Origin: Vicugna vicugna
Lineage: Eukaryota
Assembly (NCBI GenBank): GCA_013265495.1
Contig: MU061698.1
Coordinates: forward strand, 2,618,068 to 2,682,067
Reading direction: 5' to 3'
Length of the DNA stretch: 64,000 nucleotides
Part shown: positions 23,731 to 34,600 of the stretch, in pieces
Layout of the letters: every line of letters begins with the position of its first letter
Numbering within the stretch: the stretch's first letter is position 1
Notes under the pieces: model-generated
What the model saw: the letters and a program-made list of their open reading frames with translations, nothing else
Told to the model about the DNA's origin: nothing
Database searches by the model: none
Program-made: the position numbers and the translations under genes

Positions 23731-24616
23731 ACCAGCCTGTGTCTTGGGAAAGTCTCCTAGCAGGACTAGATGAGCCAGTCTCATAAGGAGGTGGTAATAA
23801 GCAGGTTCATACCATCTCTCACAGATAGAAGAGGGGGCTGATACCTGAGATACTGAGAAGAGCTGGTGGAAAACAAGAAAACTGCTTCAAAAGAGGGGCT
23901 CTGGGTAAGTCATAAAACTAGGATAGGAAAATGATTTAAAATCACTTTCTGAATGTGATGCCTTTGGTTATCTAGATTCTAGGGGAGAAACTTGCTGCCT
24001 TTTGCTGTATAAATGACGACACGGCCCTCAGGCAAGAGGCCTTCCTTGTCACTTCGAGCTGGATTACGGGTCTCTGGTAGGTGTTCCCACGACACCTTGT
24101 GCCTGACCCTCTTAGAGCTCTCAGCAGCCACCTGACCCCTTACCGTGAGTGCTCGGTCAGTGCCTGCTAAATTAATGAATCTCCATGACTTTGAACATGA
24201 AGTTCCAACCCCTCTGAGAGGAATAAATTCTTACTCTTCTCAGCGGGTGACAATGGCATCTCTGTCCTAAACCAGAGCCAGAGTCTCTGTATAATGACAG
24301 TAAGAACCATGATGATACCATATCTCTGGCTCTTTATGATTTACCGTGTCCTTTAACATACAGCTTTGCGTTTTAGCTGCACAGCCGCATTTGGGGGAGT
24401 TAATAAGAATCCGAGTTCTTTTCACAGGTGGGGAAATTGAGAATGAGAGAGGTGAAGTGACTTAACCAACGTCCCTAGCATGGAATGTCTGCATCAGATC
24501 TAAAACCCAAGGGGCCCTCCCAGGTGCAGTAACTGCTGTATTTATGAAAACCCGGCTCTAGGAGTCCCTCTGATGCCTGCCACGCCCCGGCAGGCTGGAG
24601 GGCGCTGAGCACAGAC

Positions 24617-24737
24617 CTCACACCGGTAGCAGTGGACGTGGAAATCGCGATCCAGAGCCACAATCCTGACAGTCTCCTCCTGGCCGGGGGCCGGCATGAT
24701 GGGCTCCTTGCACACAGAACAGCGGGGAGCAAATTTC
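24617..24737 (-). CDS. LPP: LPP second-last coding exon (first part of LIM3), 121 nt
   Basis: Acceptor tcttcatttttag|G AAA TTT; encodes (K)[40 protein letters not shown]; donor GAG|gtctgt. Branch point CTAAC at 24759-24763. Phase is compatible with both neighbouring exons. Confidence 0.97.
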
Positions 24738-25440
24738 CTAAAAATGAAGATACCTCTGGTTAGACACTGAGCAGAGACACCGACAGAGGAGAGGCCCAGA
24801 GGTGAAAAGAAAAGGTGTACACCAAGGGGCAGGCCGCCTGGTCTGCCATCTTCGGTGTCCTCCAGCAAGTAAATCACTTGCCTTCCCTGCGCCTGCTTCC
24901 TCAGCTGTGAAATAAGAGGTTTAGACTGTTGAGGTCCTTCCAGATCATAAATCTCATGACGTTTGGTGAGGTGGGGGAGTGAGTGGAGGGGTGTGGGATT
25001 CACCTGTGCACAGATGGCAAACACAGACCCGGGGCTTGGGCAGGTCGGCCGGAGGGAAGAACACAGGTCCTCGAGGCCCCTGCTTGTTTCTGACTTTTGC
25101 TCCTAGACTCTGTATGTGCCCCCCAGGCCCTGTCCAGATATTCTGAGGTTGGTAACTTTGCCTCATTCCCAATGATTAAAGCCTCTTTCTTTGAAATGTG
25201 TCTTGCATTCTAGGAAATGAACTCAAGAAACCGCAAGTGCATATCTTTTCAAAACAGCAGAGTTTGGTGAGTTCAAATCCCCGTTATGCCAAACCTACTA
25301 TGGCCAAGTCTGCACTTCTTACATTTTGGTTGTGTTAAACTTTGATTTGAAAGAGAAAAGTTAAAGAGCTGTCCAGTTCTTTGCCCTTTAAAGAATTTTA
25401 GCACTTCCAGAAGGTATGTGTGAGTGAACACCCTCTACAA

Positions 25441-25456
25441 CACACACACACACACA
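25441..25456. repeat. (CA)8 microsatellite
   Basis: Read directly from the sequence. Confidence 0.9.
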
Positions 25457-26684
25457 TATGTTCTTGAGGTTAACTGTTGGTGAGGAATTTTAATGTTTCT
25501 TAATCTCTTAATATTCCTTAATATGACCAATGGCCATAACATTTTTTTTTTTCTAGTAGCAGCTTAACAGGCTACAAAAAGACATCCATCCGTATCTTCT
25601 GGAAATGAGGTGTGGCATTTATGAAGGTATGAAATAAGACAAGATTTGAAATGGACATGGATAAGAACTGAAAAGATGAAAAGAAAAGGAAGACAGTTTT
25701 TTCATGGTAATGGTTTTAAGATTAATGATGTTAAAAATTTATCTATTTACAGTGAGACTTAAAAAAGAAATAATGATAGTAATCTAACACTTTGCAGAGC
25801 ACTTTATGGTTGTCAAAGCATTTTTACATACATTATACTCTATATGTACATATTAATTTTCCTGGCAGCACCCAAAAGGCATCTGTATGGCTGCAATCTA
25901 AATAAATACGAATTAAGCAGCAGATCAATTGATTGCTATGAAAGAAAAATTAAAAGGATCATGGTACAACTGCGGCAGTAATCAGAGCTGTTATAATTGG
26001 TATTTTATGCAAGAAGTTTTTATACGCAGTGGTAAAAAAAAATTGCTTTGGACTACCTGATTAGTTTTGAATCTGGGTCATCAGTAGTGAAATAAGCAGG
26101 CTTTTGGAATCAGCTGCAAAATTTCCTTTCCCCAGACCCACTGGGACTGTAAACTGTGAGGTCAGGAGGACGTCTTGCCTATCACTGTGTCTGTGAGCCT
26201 TGCCCAATGTCCCCAAGATGGATTACTTATTCCTCTAGGATAAAATAGCTTTCACTGAATTTGCCTATTTTAGTCGTAATTATTTGCATATCTTTGGGGA
26301 CCTCAAAACTGTGAGCTTCCAAAGGACAGGATTTGCTCTATTTCTGAGTCTCTAGAAATAACTACTGTGACTGGTGCAGAAAGTAGAGAATCAGGCACTA
26401 TCTAATGAAATGAAGTATTTGCCATATTTCTCGTAAAAAGACGTTGCTTGTGCCTTTATGTTCAATCTCAAGGTCCTTCCTCTTTGGAAAGGCGCAAATT
26501 GTATTCTTGCTGAGTAATGATTCCTTCTGACCAATTGGTCTCATTTCTGTGAGGGGAAAAGGCAAAGTGGAGAGACAGAACGTGGCTTCCACAGTCCTTA
26601 CAGTGTTCCTTGGCCAGCATTTTGAGGACTGTTAAAAATCCCAGGTGGTCTATTTCAGGGCTCAGCTCACTAAGCAGACAATAA

Positions 26685-26870
26685 TCATAACATTAATTTG
26701 ATAAAAACACTTCTCATGGTTAAAATAGCGGCCATGTACTGTGTGCTTATTATGTGCCGAGCCTCGTTAAGCACTTTATACACTTGACCTTATTTTTTAC
26801 TGATAGCAGTATTATGAAGAAATACTTTTATCATTTCTGCTTTGGGAGCCAAAGCTTAGAGAGGAATGGT
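26685..26870 (-). mobile_element. MIR
   Basis: cttattatgtgccgagcctcgttaagcactttatacac ... agcttagagagg. Confidence 0.6.
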
Positions 26871-27584
26871 CTTAATCATCTTGTGTCCTGGCACATTTCT
26901 GGCAATCAACAAATGAATGCTGATTAAACAAATAAATGGATGCACGTAACATCCCTGATAAGAAAAGCACAGAGAGTGGAATAAAGGCTCAACACAATGA
27001 AAGGGTCAGTTAAATAAATCTGCTTCTCGGAGCTCACTGTCCTGGCACTGGGAACACAGAAACAAATGAGGACTCCGGCAGTCAGACGGGTGAGGGAGTT
27101 CTATGCATTTCTGCGTTTGTTCTATTGCATCCTATCACATTGCAAAAATGATTTAAGGTGGTTACTGTAAAGCTGTTTGTGTGTATGTGTATTCTTTATT
27201 CCTAATCAGGCTGTGCTGGGTGCTATCTATAGTAAATTTACAAAACTATAAAACATAAAGGAGATACAAATTCAAGCATGGGGACAGGGAGAGTCTGCGA
27301 TCACAGGAGGCTTCTTAGAGGAGATGGTAACTGAGTGGGTCCTTGAAAGACGGCCACTTAGGTAAAACAGGAAAGTAACCGTGAGAGTGTGCGTGCGCGT
27401 GCGCATGCGCGTGCTGAGGGTCAGGGTGGGATACAGGCAGTCGGCCAGGGCACTAGTTTGAGCAGTCATCTGAAATGACATATGGGAAAGAGTTTCTGCC
27501 TAATAGGATGGAGGATTTGGGCCAACGCTGACTGAAAGTGGTTATGGAGGGGATGGCCCATTAGCAAGGCTTTAAAAATAGCAT

Positions 27585-27741
27585 TTCAGATGCTCGTTAC
27601 TCTGAGTACAGTCCAAGACCACCTGGGAGCTTGTCAGAAATGCAGAATCTTGGGTCCCCACCCCAGACTTACTGAACTAAGGTCTGCAGTTTAACAAGAT
27701 CCCTCGGTGACTTAGAAGCACGCTAAAGTTTGGGAAGCCCT
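27585..27741. mobile_element. hAT-Charlie MER5A-like element
   Basis: cacctgggagcttgtcagaaatgcagaatcttggg...ccccagact...tttaacaagatccc...ctaaagtttgggaagccctg. Confidence 0.7.
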
Positions 27742-30228
27742 GGCTTAAAGAACAGGATTCTAAGCAGGCGAGATAAATCCCTTCTCCTGGGCCTCCTGCA
27801 TCTCGCTGTAGCTTCTATTCCCAGGCTGCTCTAGTTACAGCCAAGCAGATCTTCCTTGAATGTAGAGAAGTCTTTCTTCACTCTGTACCCTTCTTTCTTG
27901 CCTGCGTTATTCCTCCTGCCAGGAATCTCTATTTCCCACTGAAAACACTCTGCCTCCAGAAGCCTACTCTGGCCCCAGGGCCGAGTAATCTCTTCTGGCT
28001 CTGACAGCTCGAGCCCTCGCCTGTGCCCACCTCGGCACGTGTAGCCTTTTCTGCCTGATACCACACAAAGTCTACACTCACTCTCTCCCCTCCTCCTGGC
28101 AAGCTCTGCACCGACAGGGCCCCTCGCTACGGAGATGTGGAGTTTCTCTCCTGGGGTCTCTGTCCTTTAGCACGTAGCCAGGGATTGGCACACAGAGGGC
28201 TCTTCATAGATGCAGTCGCACTGAACTCAAATACATTTCCCCAAAGCTCACAGAAGGGAGGCCCACTATGGCCAAGAATCTGCAGAAGGCGGCTGTATCC
28301 CTCCACCTGTACGCCCGTCTCCTTAGCTTGGCGATGCCCTCCCTGGGCTGGACTTTCAACCGCTTTGCATTCCACTACTTTTAAGGCTCTGAAACAGAGT
28401 TCTGTAAAGTTTCTCTCTTATTTTTCTTTGGGAAATGGGAAAAAGATAAAAAAGCATTTCCTCCTGCATACCTGCCAATCATGCTGACAACTTAAAAAAA
28501 AATTGTGTTTTAACTGGCCATTGAATTAGTGGTGGCGGGGAAGAGTTGGGGGTTTCAGATTACTTTTTCCCTTATAGTTGCTCAAGTCTGCCTTCCTGGA
28601 GCGTTCAGACCCACACACATCACCAGGCACAAGTCTCTAATTATGCCCCCCACTCCTAGAAATGAAAGGTAAATGGCATAGATATAAACTTGCATGTGTC
28701 AGAACTGATTTCCTGTTTTAACTGAGGGGTGTAATATATCAGTCTTTTCCAGCAACAGAAACATCTGTGCTCTGATTCCATCTATCAGTCTTCCTTGGAT
28801 GAGGGTAAGTCTAAGGAAGGAGAGAAGCAGTGACAGAAACCACTCCCCATTGGTGTCTTTTCACCTCCTTTACATAGATGCAGGTTTTTTTTTTATCATG
28901 TATAATTACAAGCTAAAAATATCAATAACGTGAAGTACAATTTATGCTGTGACTGCCCTTTCAGAGTGAGCCCTTCCTTGTCTAATTCAGGTTGAGAGTT
29001 CCTGCCTCTGGGGTTTTTTCATTCATTCAGCCTCACATCTTTTTGGTGAGGTTTTTCACTTTCTTTGCTACTTGGAAAGTGGTCAGGAAATTCTTTTTTA
29101 AAATAGGAGTCTCAGATCCCCAAACTGCTTGTGGCAAGTACTTCCCAGTTGTTGACAATCAACAGAGTGGTGAAAATTAACCCACAAGGCTGCACATCTG
29201 GAGGCTGTAGAACGGATACCCAAACTGGTGAGCCATGCAAGCTTTACCTCCTTGAGAGCCTCAGGCTGTCCTTAAAGCCACTGTCCAGCAAACACAAGCC
29301 AGAAACCTCTGTGCCTGCCATTTACAGATCATATCTATAGCTTTCACATGGTTCCTAGAAATCTGCAACAAATCTGATCCACCAATTCACTGACCAACAA
29401 ACTGGCCAAATACAAATAAGTAAAATGCAAAACTATACAGCTTGCATGAAAATCCCAGTTGTAATAAAGAGGGATCTCCACATGAAAGAAGTGAGAACGT
29501 GGGGACGTATTTTTCTAGGCCCATCAGTAAGTGGTCTTGACCTTGAGGTTCTACTCTCTAATCATCCTCAAAAGATTCTACCACGCTGTATTCACTTATT
29601 TTATTAGAACATATCCTGGGGAAGAGAACACCTGGCTGAGGGAGGAGCTTGGGGGAGGGGGTTGTAATTATGTTGATAATGGCATAAAACAGCCTCCAAA
29701 TATGCAAGAGGGTTGCATCAGCAAGACAGACTGAATAGTTCCCCCAGAACCTTACCTGCAGAGTGGCACAGACATAGAGGTCAGCTCTACAGAGAACCCT
29801 AGGCTGTCATAAATGGGAAGCTTCAAGACCGGGCCTGGTCTAATGATCAAACTGAAGAGCTCAGAGAAACTGGGCAGTTTGTCCACTGTCACACCTCTTG
29901 TTCACATTTCAGCCAGGGAGGGCTACCCCAGGATCCTGCCTCTCTCCAATACACGTACTTTGTGGCTGAGTCAGCTTTCTTACAATTAGGGTCACACAAA
30001 TACGTGATGGACAAGCCCCAGGGAGGCCCTGAAGCAGAGGCCAGGCCGGAGGACCATATGGATTACCTGCTAGCAATTCCTGCATTGGAGAGGGGGGATA
30101 AATAAGCTCTTTTCAAGGTCCCACCAAATCCTGAGACGCTATTGTTCCAGGAAAGAATGGGTAGCGCGGACGCCAGGCGCAAGAACAGAGCCCGAGGCGG
30201 GCTGCAGGAGGGAGAGGTGGCTGCCTAC

Positions 30229-30407
30229 TTGTGGAAGTCCTCGATGCAGTGGATGAGGCCGCCAGCGTCCACAGTGAACGGGATCCCATCCAGGCTGCGG
30301 TGGCACATCACACAGGTAAAGCAGTGAGGATGGTAGGCCTTCCCAGTGGCTCGGAGGATCCGCTCCATGATGGGCTTGGAGCACACGCTGCACTGCTCCA
30401 GGGTGTT
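30229..30407 (-). CDS. LPP: LPP third-last coding exon (LIM2 domain), 179 nt
   Basis: The minus strand reads ...ttttcctccccag|AAC ACC CTG... and translates to NTLEQCSVCSKPIMERILRATGKAYHPHCFTCVMCHRSLDGIPFTVDAGGLIHCIEDFH(K), then AA|gtaggc. This has the LIM C/H zinc-ligand spacing and matches the LPP LIM2 sequence as I recall it. Start phase 0, end phase 2. Confidence 0.97.
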
Positions 30408-30681
30408 CTGGGGAGGAAAAGAAAAATGCCAGTGTTAGACTGGGACTTGAGCTCCATTTATGTGGTAACTTACAGCCTGACAAGCACTGCTGCAGAACCC
30501 ACGGGCTCCTGTGCTTATCACAGCATTTGGAGGAAGGCAGAGTGTGTATCTTTATTACAGAGGGATGGAAACAGTTAGATGGAGCAAGTGGCTTTCCTAA
30601 GGCTATCCAGCTACTGCGTGGCTTAGCTGGGATTTAGAACTCATGTTGTCTGACTTCTACCCTTGTTCCTTTCTAGTATAG

Positions 30682-30878
30682 CAGGGGTGATGGCAAGCTT
30701 TTCTGTAAGGACTCATGTAGTAAATACTTCTGGCTTCGTTACAGCAACTCAATTTTGTTGGTTAGGTGTGAAGGCAGCCAAAGACAGTGGGTAAGTAAAT
30801 GGCATGACTGTGTTCCAGTGAGACATAACTTACAGAAGCAGGATGGATTTGGCCATGGCTATAGTTTATTGACCCCTG
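30682..30878 (+). mobile_element. hAT-Charlie MITE, MER58A-like
   Basis: Termini CAGGGGT...ACCCCTG, with internal ggctgtgttcca-like and ggatttggcc motifs. Confidence 0.75.
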
Positions 30879-30921
30879 AGCTACACAATCCGGGTTCTCC
30901 ACTGGAAGTACACTTCATTAT

Positions 30922-30934
<13 letters not shown>

Positions 30935-30952
<18 letters not shown>

Positions 30953-31152
30953 AAAAACTGAAGTACAGTTGATTTACAATGTTGTATTAGTTTCAGGTGC
31001 ACAGCAAAGTGATTCCAATGTATATAAAGTATTTCTTTTCCATTATAGATGATTATAAGGTATTGAATATAGTTCCCTCTGCTATACAGTAGGTCCTTGT
31101 TGTTTATCTGTTTTATATAGAGTAGTGTGTACATGCTAGTCCCAAAGTCCTA
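30935..31152 (-). mobile_element. L1 3' end (cetartiodactyl type)
   Basis: T-run followed by gaagtacagttgatttacaatgttgtattagtttcaggtgcacagcaaagtgattc ... ttccctctgctatacagtaggtccttgttg. Confidence 0.8.
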
Positions 31153-32918
31153 ATTTATCCCACTATTACTTCCCGAACTTGAGTGGTCATCAAAACCCTA
31201 AGGACCTTAACATTTTTAGAGGGAGGTTCGTCTGATGACTGAGACTGGCAGAGAGCATGCTAGTTGCAGAACCCAGTCAGAGCTCAGCATCATCAACGAG
31301 GCTTGTGATCATTTAAAGCCTTGGTTCAAACACCGTCACCAAGCTTAGTGTTGTGAACCCTTGATGGAAATGTTGAACCTAGAGGGGTCCAGTCTTGAGA
31401 AGGTAATTAAGAAAGTCAATGTATCTGGCTTTAAAAATATGCTCAGCTTTAAAAATAAATCCCCTCCCCCTTAAAAAGGGATACCATTTACTGAGAGAAG
31501 ACTCAGAAAGATCAATAAAATTAGCTGTTCACTTCCCATCCTTGCCTAGAATCCCGTACCCTCTTAGCAGACAGCCATGTTTCACGTGCAATAAGCTATA
31601 TTCCAACTGAGATGTCTGGACTGATTCACTGAGTTTACAAGCTAGATTAAACTTGGCATGGGGATTAGATGGATACAGAGCTAGAGGGGATGTGGAAATC
31701 AAGGAGTAATTTCCCTCTTCCTATGAGAAGATTTAAATGGGCAGAGGCAAGGAGCGCTGTAGGTAGGTAACTAGTGTGCTGATAACTCAACTGTAGCCAT
31801 GGCCTCTGACTGGCTTCCTTGTTTCCATGTCTCCTCCTGTAACACTTCCCCATCCTCAGAGAAACTTCCAGTTTCCTTCCCAAAACCCAGAAGTGACGAA
31901 GTAAGTTTCCTGCTAGAAAAACCTTCACGGAGCTAGTTCTTTACCGGACATGCAACCTCCCTTTCTAGGCTCAGATCCCCTAACGTCTCAGACTGCTCAC
32001 TCTTCTTCAGACCTATGAGAAACTTCCATACTTTGGTGCGTTGGCTAATGCCTTTCAAGGTATGGGTCAGAAGGCAACTCCCCAGGGAAGCCTTCCTCAG
32101 TGCCTTCCGTTGGACGAAATCTCTTCTTTTTCTCTCCTTCCTGAGCACTTAGTTTGTGCTGTTTACAGCACTCACAGTGATCACTGTTTCACAATTATCT
32201 GCACGTATGTCCATCTCCTCTGCTATACTGCAGTTTCTTCAAGGGTGGGGACTATGTCTTAACAATCTATTTCTCTGTCCCATGCTACCCCCAGTACACT
32301 ACCTGGAATAAACAGAAACCCAGGATGAGTGTGTGAGAAAAGAACGAAGAAATGAATATTGTTTACATCCCACCCTGGCATCACAAGGCTGGCCTGACTC
32401 CCCAGCTTTGGAATCCAGAGGACAGTGAATACGCCACCAACCTCTCCTCAGAGCTGCGGTTGTCGGAGGCTCTGAAACTGCTTAGTGCGCCTCTGGCCGC
32501 AGTCTAAACTCATGGAAACTATTAACCTATCCCCCCCCCCCAATTTTGAAGTGGTGAAACTAAAATAGCAGAGGAACATACGATGAGAGTCTGGAGATGC
32601 TGATGGTCTGGACAATGACGGCCCTGCTTCTTTTCTGCCCGGGTGATCTGAGCTAATGTGGCTGGAAACTGGCTTCCCAGGGTTTGTGTTTTGCTCTTCT
32701 GTGGGCTTTAACTTTTATTTTTTTTAAAGCCAGTCCTGTAACAGAGTTGAACAAACCAGAAAATGCTTGACCAGAAAATGTTTTTGTTTGCATTGAGGCC
32801 TGGCTGCAAAATTGAGCTCATTTACTCAAAACCAGCAGCAACATAGTTTCTAAGGAAAGTCAGTTTCTAAGGAAAGACTTCACAGTCCATGGAAGCGCTG
32901 TTTAAAGGGCACATAATC

Positions 32919-33039
32919 GGGGGAGAGGGTATAGCTCAGTGGTAGAGCGCATGCCTAGTATGCATGAGGTCCTGGGTTCAATCCCTGGTACCTCCATTAA
33001 AAAAATAAATAAGCAAACCTAATAACCCCCCCCCCCCCC
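32919..33039 (+). mobile_element. tRNA-Ala-derived SINE, camelid vic-1-like
   Basis: GGGGAGAGGGTATAGCTCAGTGGTAGAGCGCATGCCTAGTATGCATGAGGTCCTGGGTTCAATCCCTGGTACCTCCA has an A box (TAGCTCAGTGG) and B box (GGTTCAATCC), followed by an A-rich tail, AAACCTAAT and a C-run. Confidence 0.85.
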
Positions 33040-34254
33040 GTAATGAAGGGGAAAGGATGGACGCCCTGAGACTCAGGTCTCAGCTGTATCAGTCCCCAGG
33101 TCCACAGGTTTTCTCACCTATGAAATCAGAGGCCTGGACTAGAGGAGCTCCCAGAGCCCTCCTCTTAGAGTATTTAAGAGTCTTTATCCTTCCTCTAAGA
33201 GAAGATATGTCAGAGGGTCCTGGTGAACCAGTGGAAGATGGAAAGGAGAAAATCCTTCATTATGTAGCCAGAGAGAGAGACAGAGTTGTTAGATGAAGAA
33301 TGTGAACTGTCCCTCTGGACTTGTCAGCGTCCCCTGGATGACCTTAGGTAAATGATTTCTTCTCTCTAGACCTTGGTTTTCTCATCTGTAAAACAATGGT
33401 TAATTCCAGCTCTGCAAATGTATTACTCTCTGGTATGTCAGCATTAACAACAACAGGTAAAGGTCAGTGCTTCCATCACTAGAGACATCCGAGAAACAAA
33501 TGGACAGCCCCTCATCCAAGGCTTGAAGGGAGGGCTCGTGTGTGAGACACCTGGCCTGCAGCCCAACCTTCACTTCACCTTACAACGGGAACTCCAGTAA
33601 TTGCTAACGGTAGAACTTTACACACCATAAAGGAAGATCTTTGTGTCTTCTTATAGAAGATTATTGTAAAGCCAGACTAAAAGATGCACTCTTTATATAA
33701 ACATGAGGTTTTCCTAAAGTAGGTGAAAAGAAATGGTTAATAAATAAAATAGTATGTAAGAAAATAGACAGAGAAATAAGTCTTCAAGCAAATAAGCAGA
33801 AGAAGGGTGTCTCTTAAGTACATCTACTCAGTCACATCCTGCATGTGAAGCAGGGGTCCCAGGTGTGCTAGACGGGGGGTCAGGAAGGAAGAGCACCTTC
33901 TAGATCAGTAGCGTGCTTCGTGACACGGCCACCTCTGCGGCCCCTTCTCGTGGACCCCACCTTCCAGCTGCCACCCTGCGCCCTCTGCTGCGTCTTTAGC
34001 AAGCTGCGTTCTTTTATGAGCCCAGGCCCCACATCCTCCTTTGTCTAGAAAATACCTCCTCCTCCCTCACAGTTGAGCCCAAGTGTGACCTCTTCTGTGA
34101 AGCCTTTCCTAAGCCTCCCTTTGTTATACTCCAAGCAAAACAAGCCGCTTCTGCCACTCCCATCGGATTGTGCGAGGCTTCTTCCCCGTCACCGAGTGCA
34201 ACGTACTTGACTGACGGCCTACGTCAACCGCCACAACCAAGCAGCGGCCGCCCC

Positions 34255-34600
34255 GCTCTCCCCATACGGAGCCATAGTCCTACGCTGAGTTTCCTGGGAA
34301 ACAGGGATCTGCACAAAAGAAGTTATTGAAGAGTGTCTGTGAGAGCAGGGAGCACCCGCGTGGAGGGAGGAGTTGAACCACGATGCAGTTACAACTAAGG
34401 CCTCTGATGGTTTTATGAACTCTGGGCTAGGCGGCTCTGCCGAACTGTCCTCCCCTGAAGCTAGGGGGTAGGGCATTTATACCCCGGTGCCAATGGACAC
34501 AGCCTGCCTGCAAAGAGGAGAGTTCCTGTCAGTTGAGGGTGGTTACCAGAGAGGGACTCATTTATGAACCATCAAGCCAGGACTGAAGGGAACTGGCTAC
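34255..34600. mobile_element. ERVL-family LTR relic (LTR16/LTR33-like)
   Basis: ggaggagttgaaccacgatgcagttacaactaaggcctc ... gggcatttataccc resembles old ERVL LTRs. Subfamily uncertain. Confidence 0.5.

Noticed and set aside
24542-25024. 160-aa minus-strand ORF containing a LIM-like segment
   Set aside because: Only 24617-24737 is the LPP exon, bounded by canonical splice sites; the rest is intron that happens to lack stops.
26290-26400. Possible miR-28 (an L2-derived miRNA hosted by LPP)
   Set aside because: Only generic L2 3'-end similarity; the mature miR-28 sequence is not present. miR-28 lies in a more upstream intron.
30231-30578. 115-aa plus-strand ORF, and overlapping ORFs 30139-30483 and 30142-30327
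   Set aside because: Antisense or off-frame shadows of the GC-rich LPP exon, with no recognisable protein features.
32845-32876. 15-bp direct duplication AGTTTCTAAGGAAAG
   Set aside because: An ordinary small slippage duplication with no insertion between the copies.
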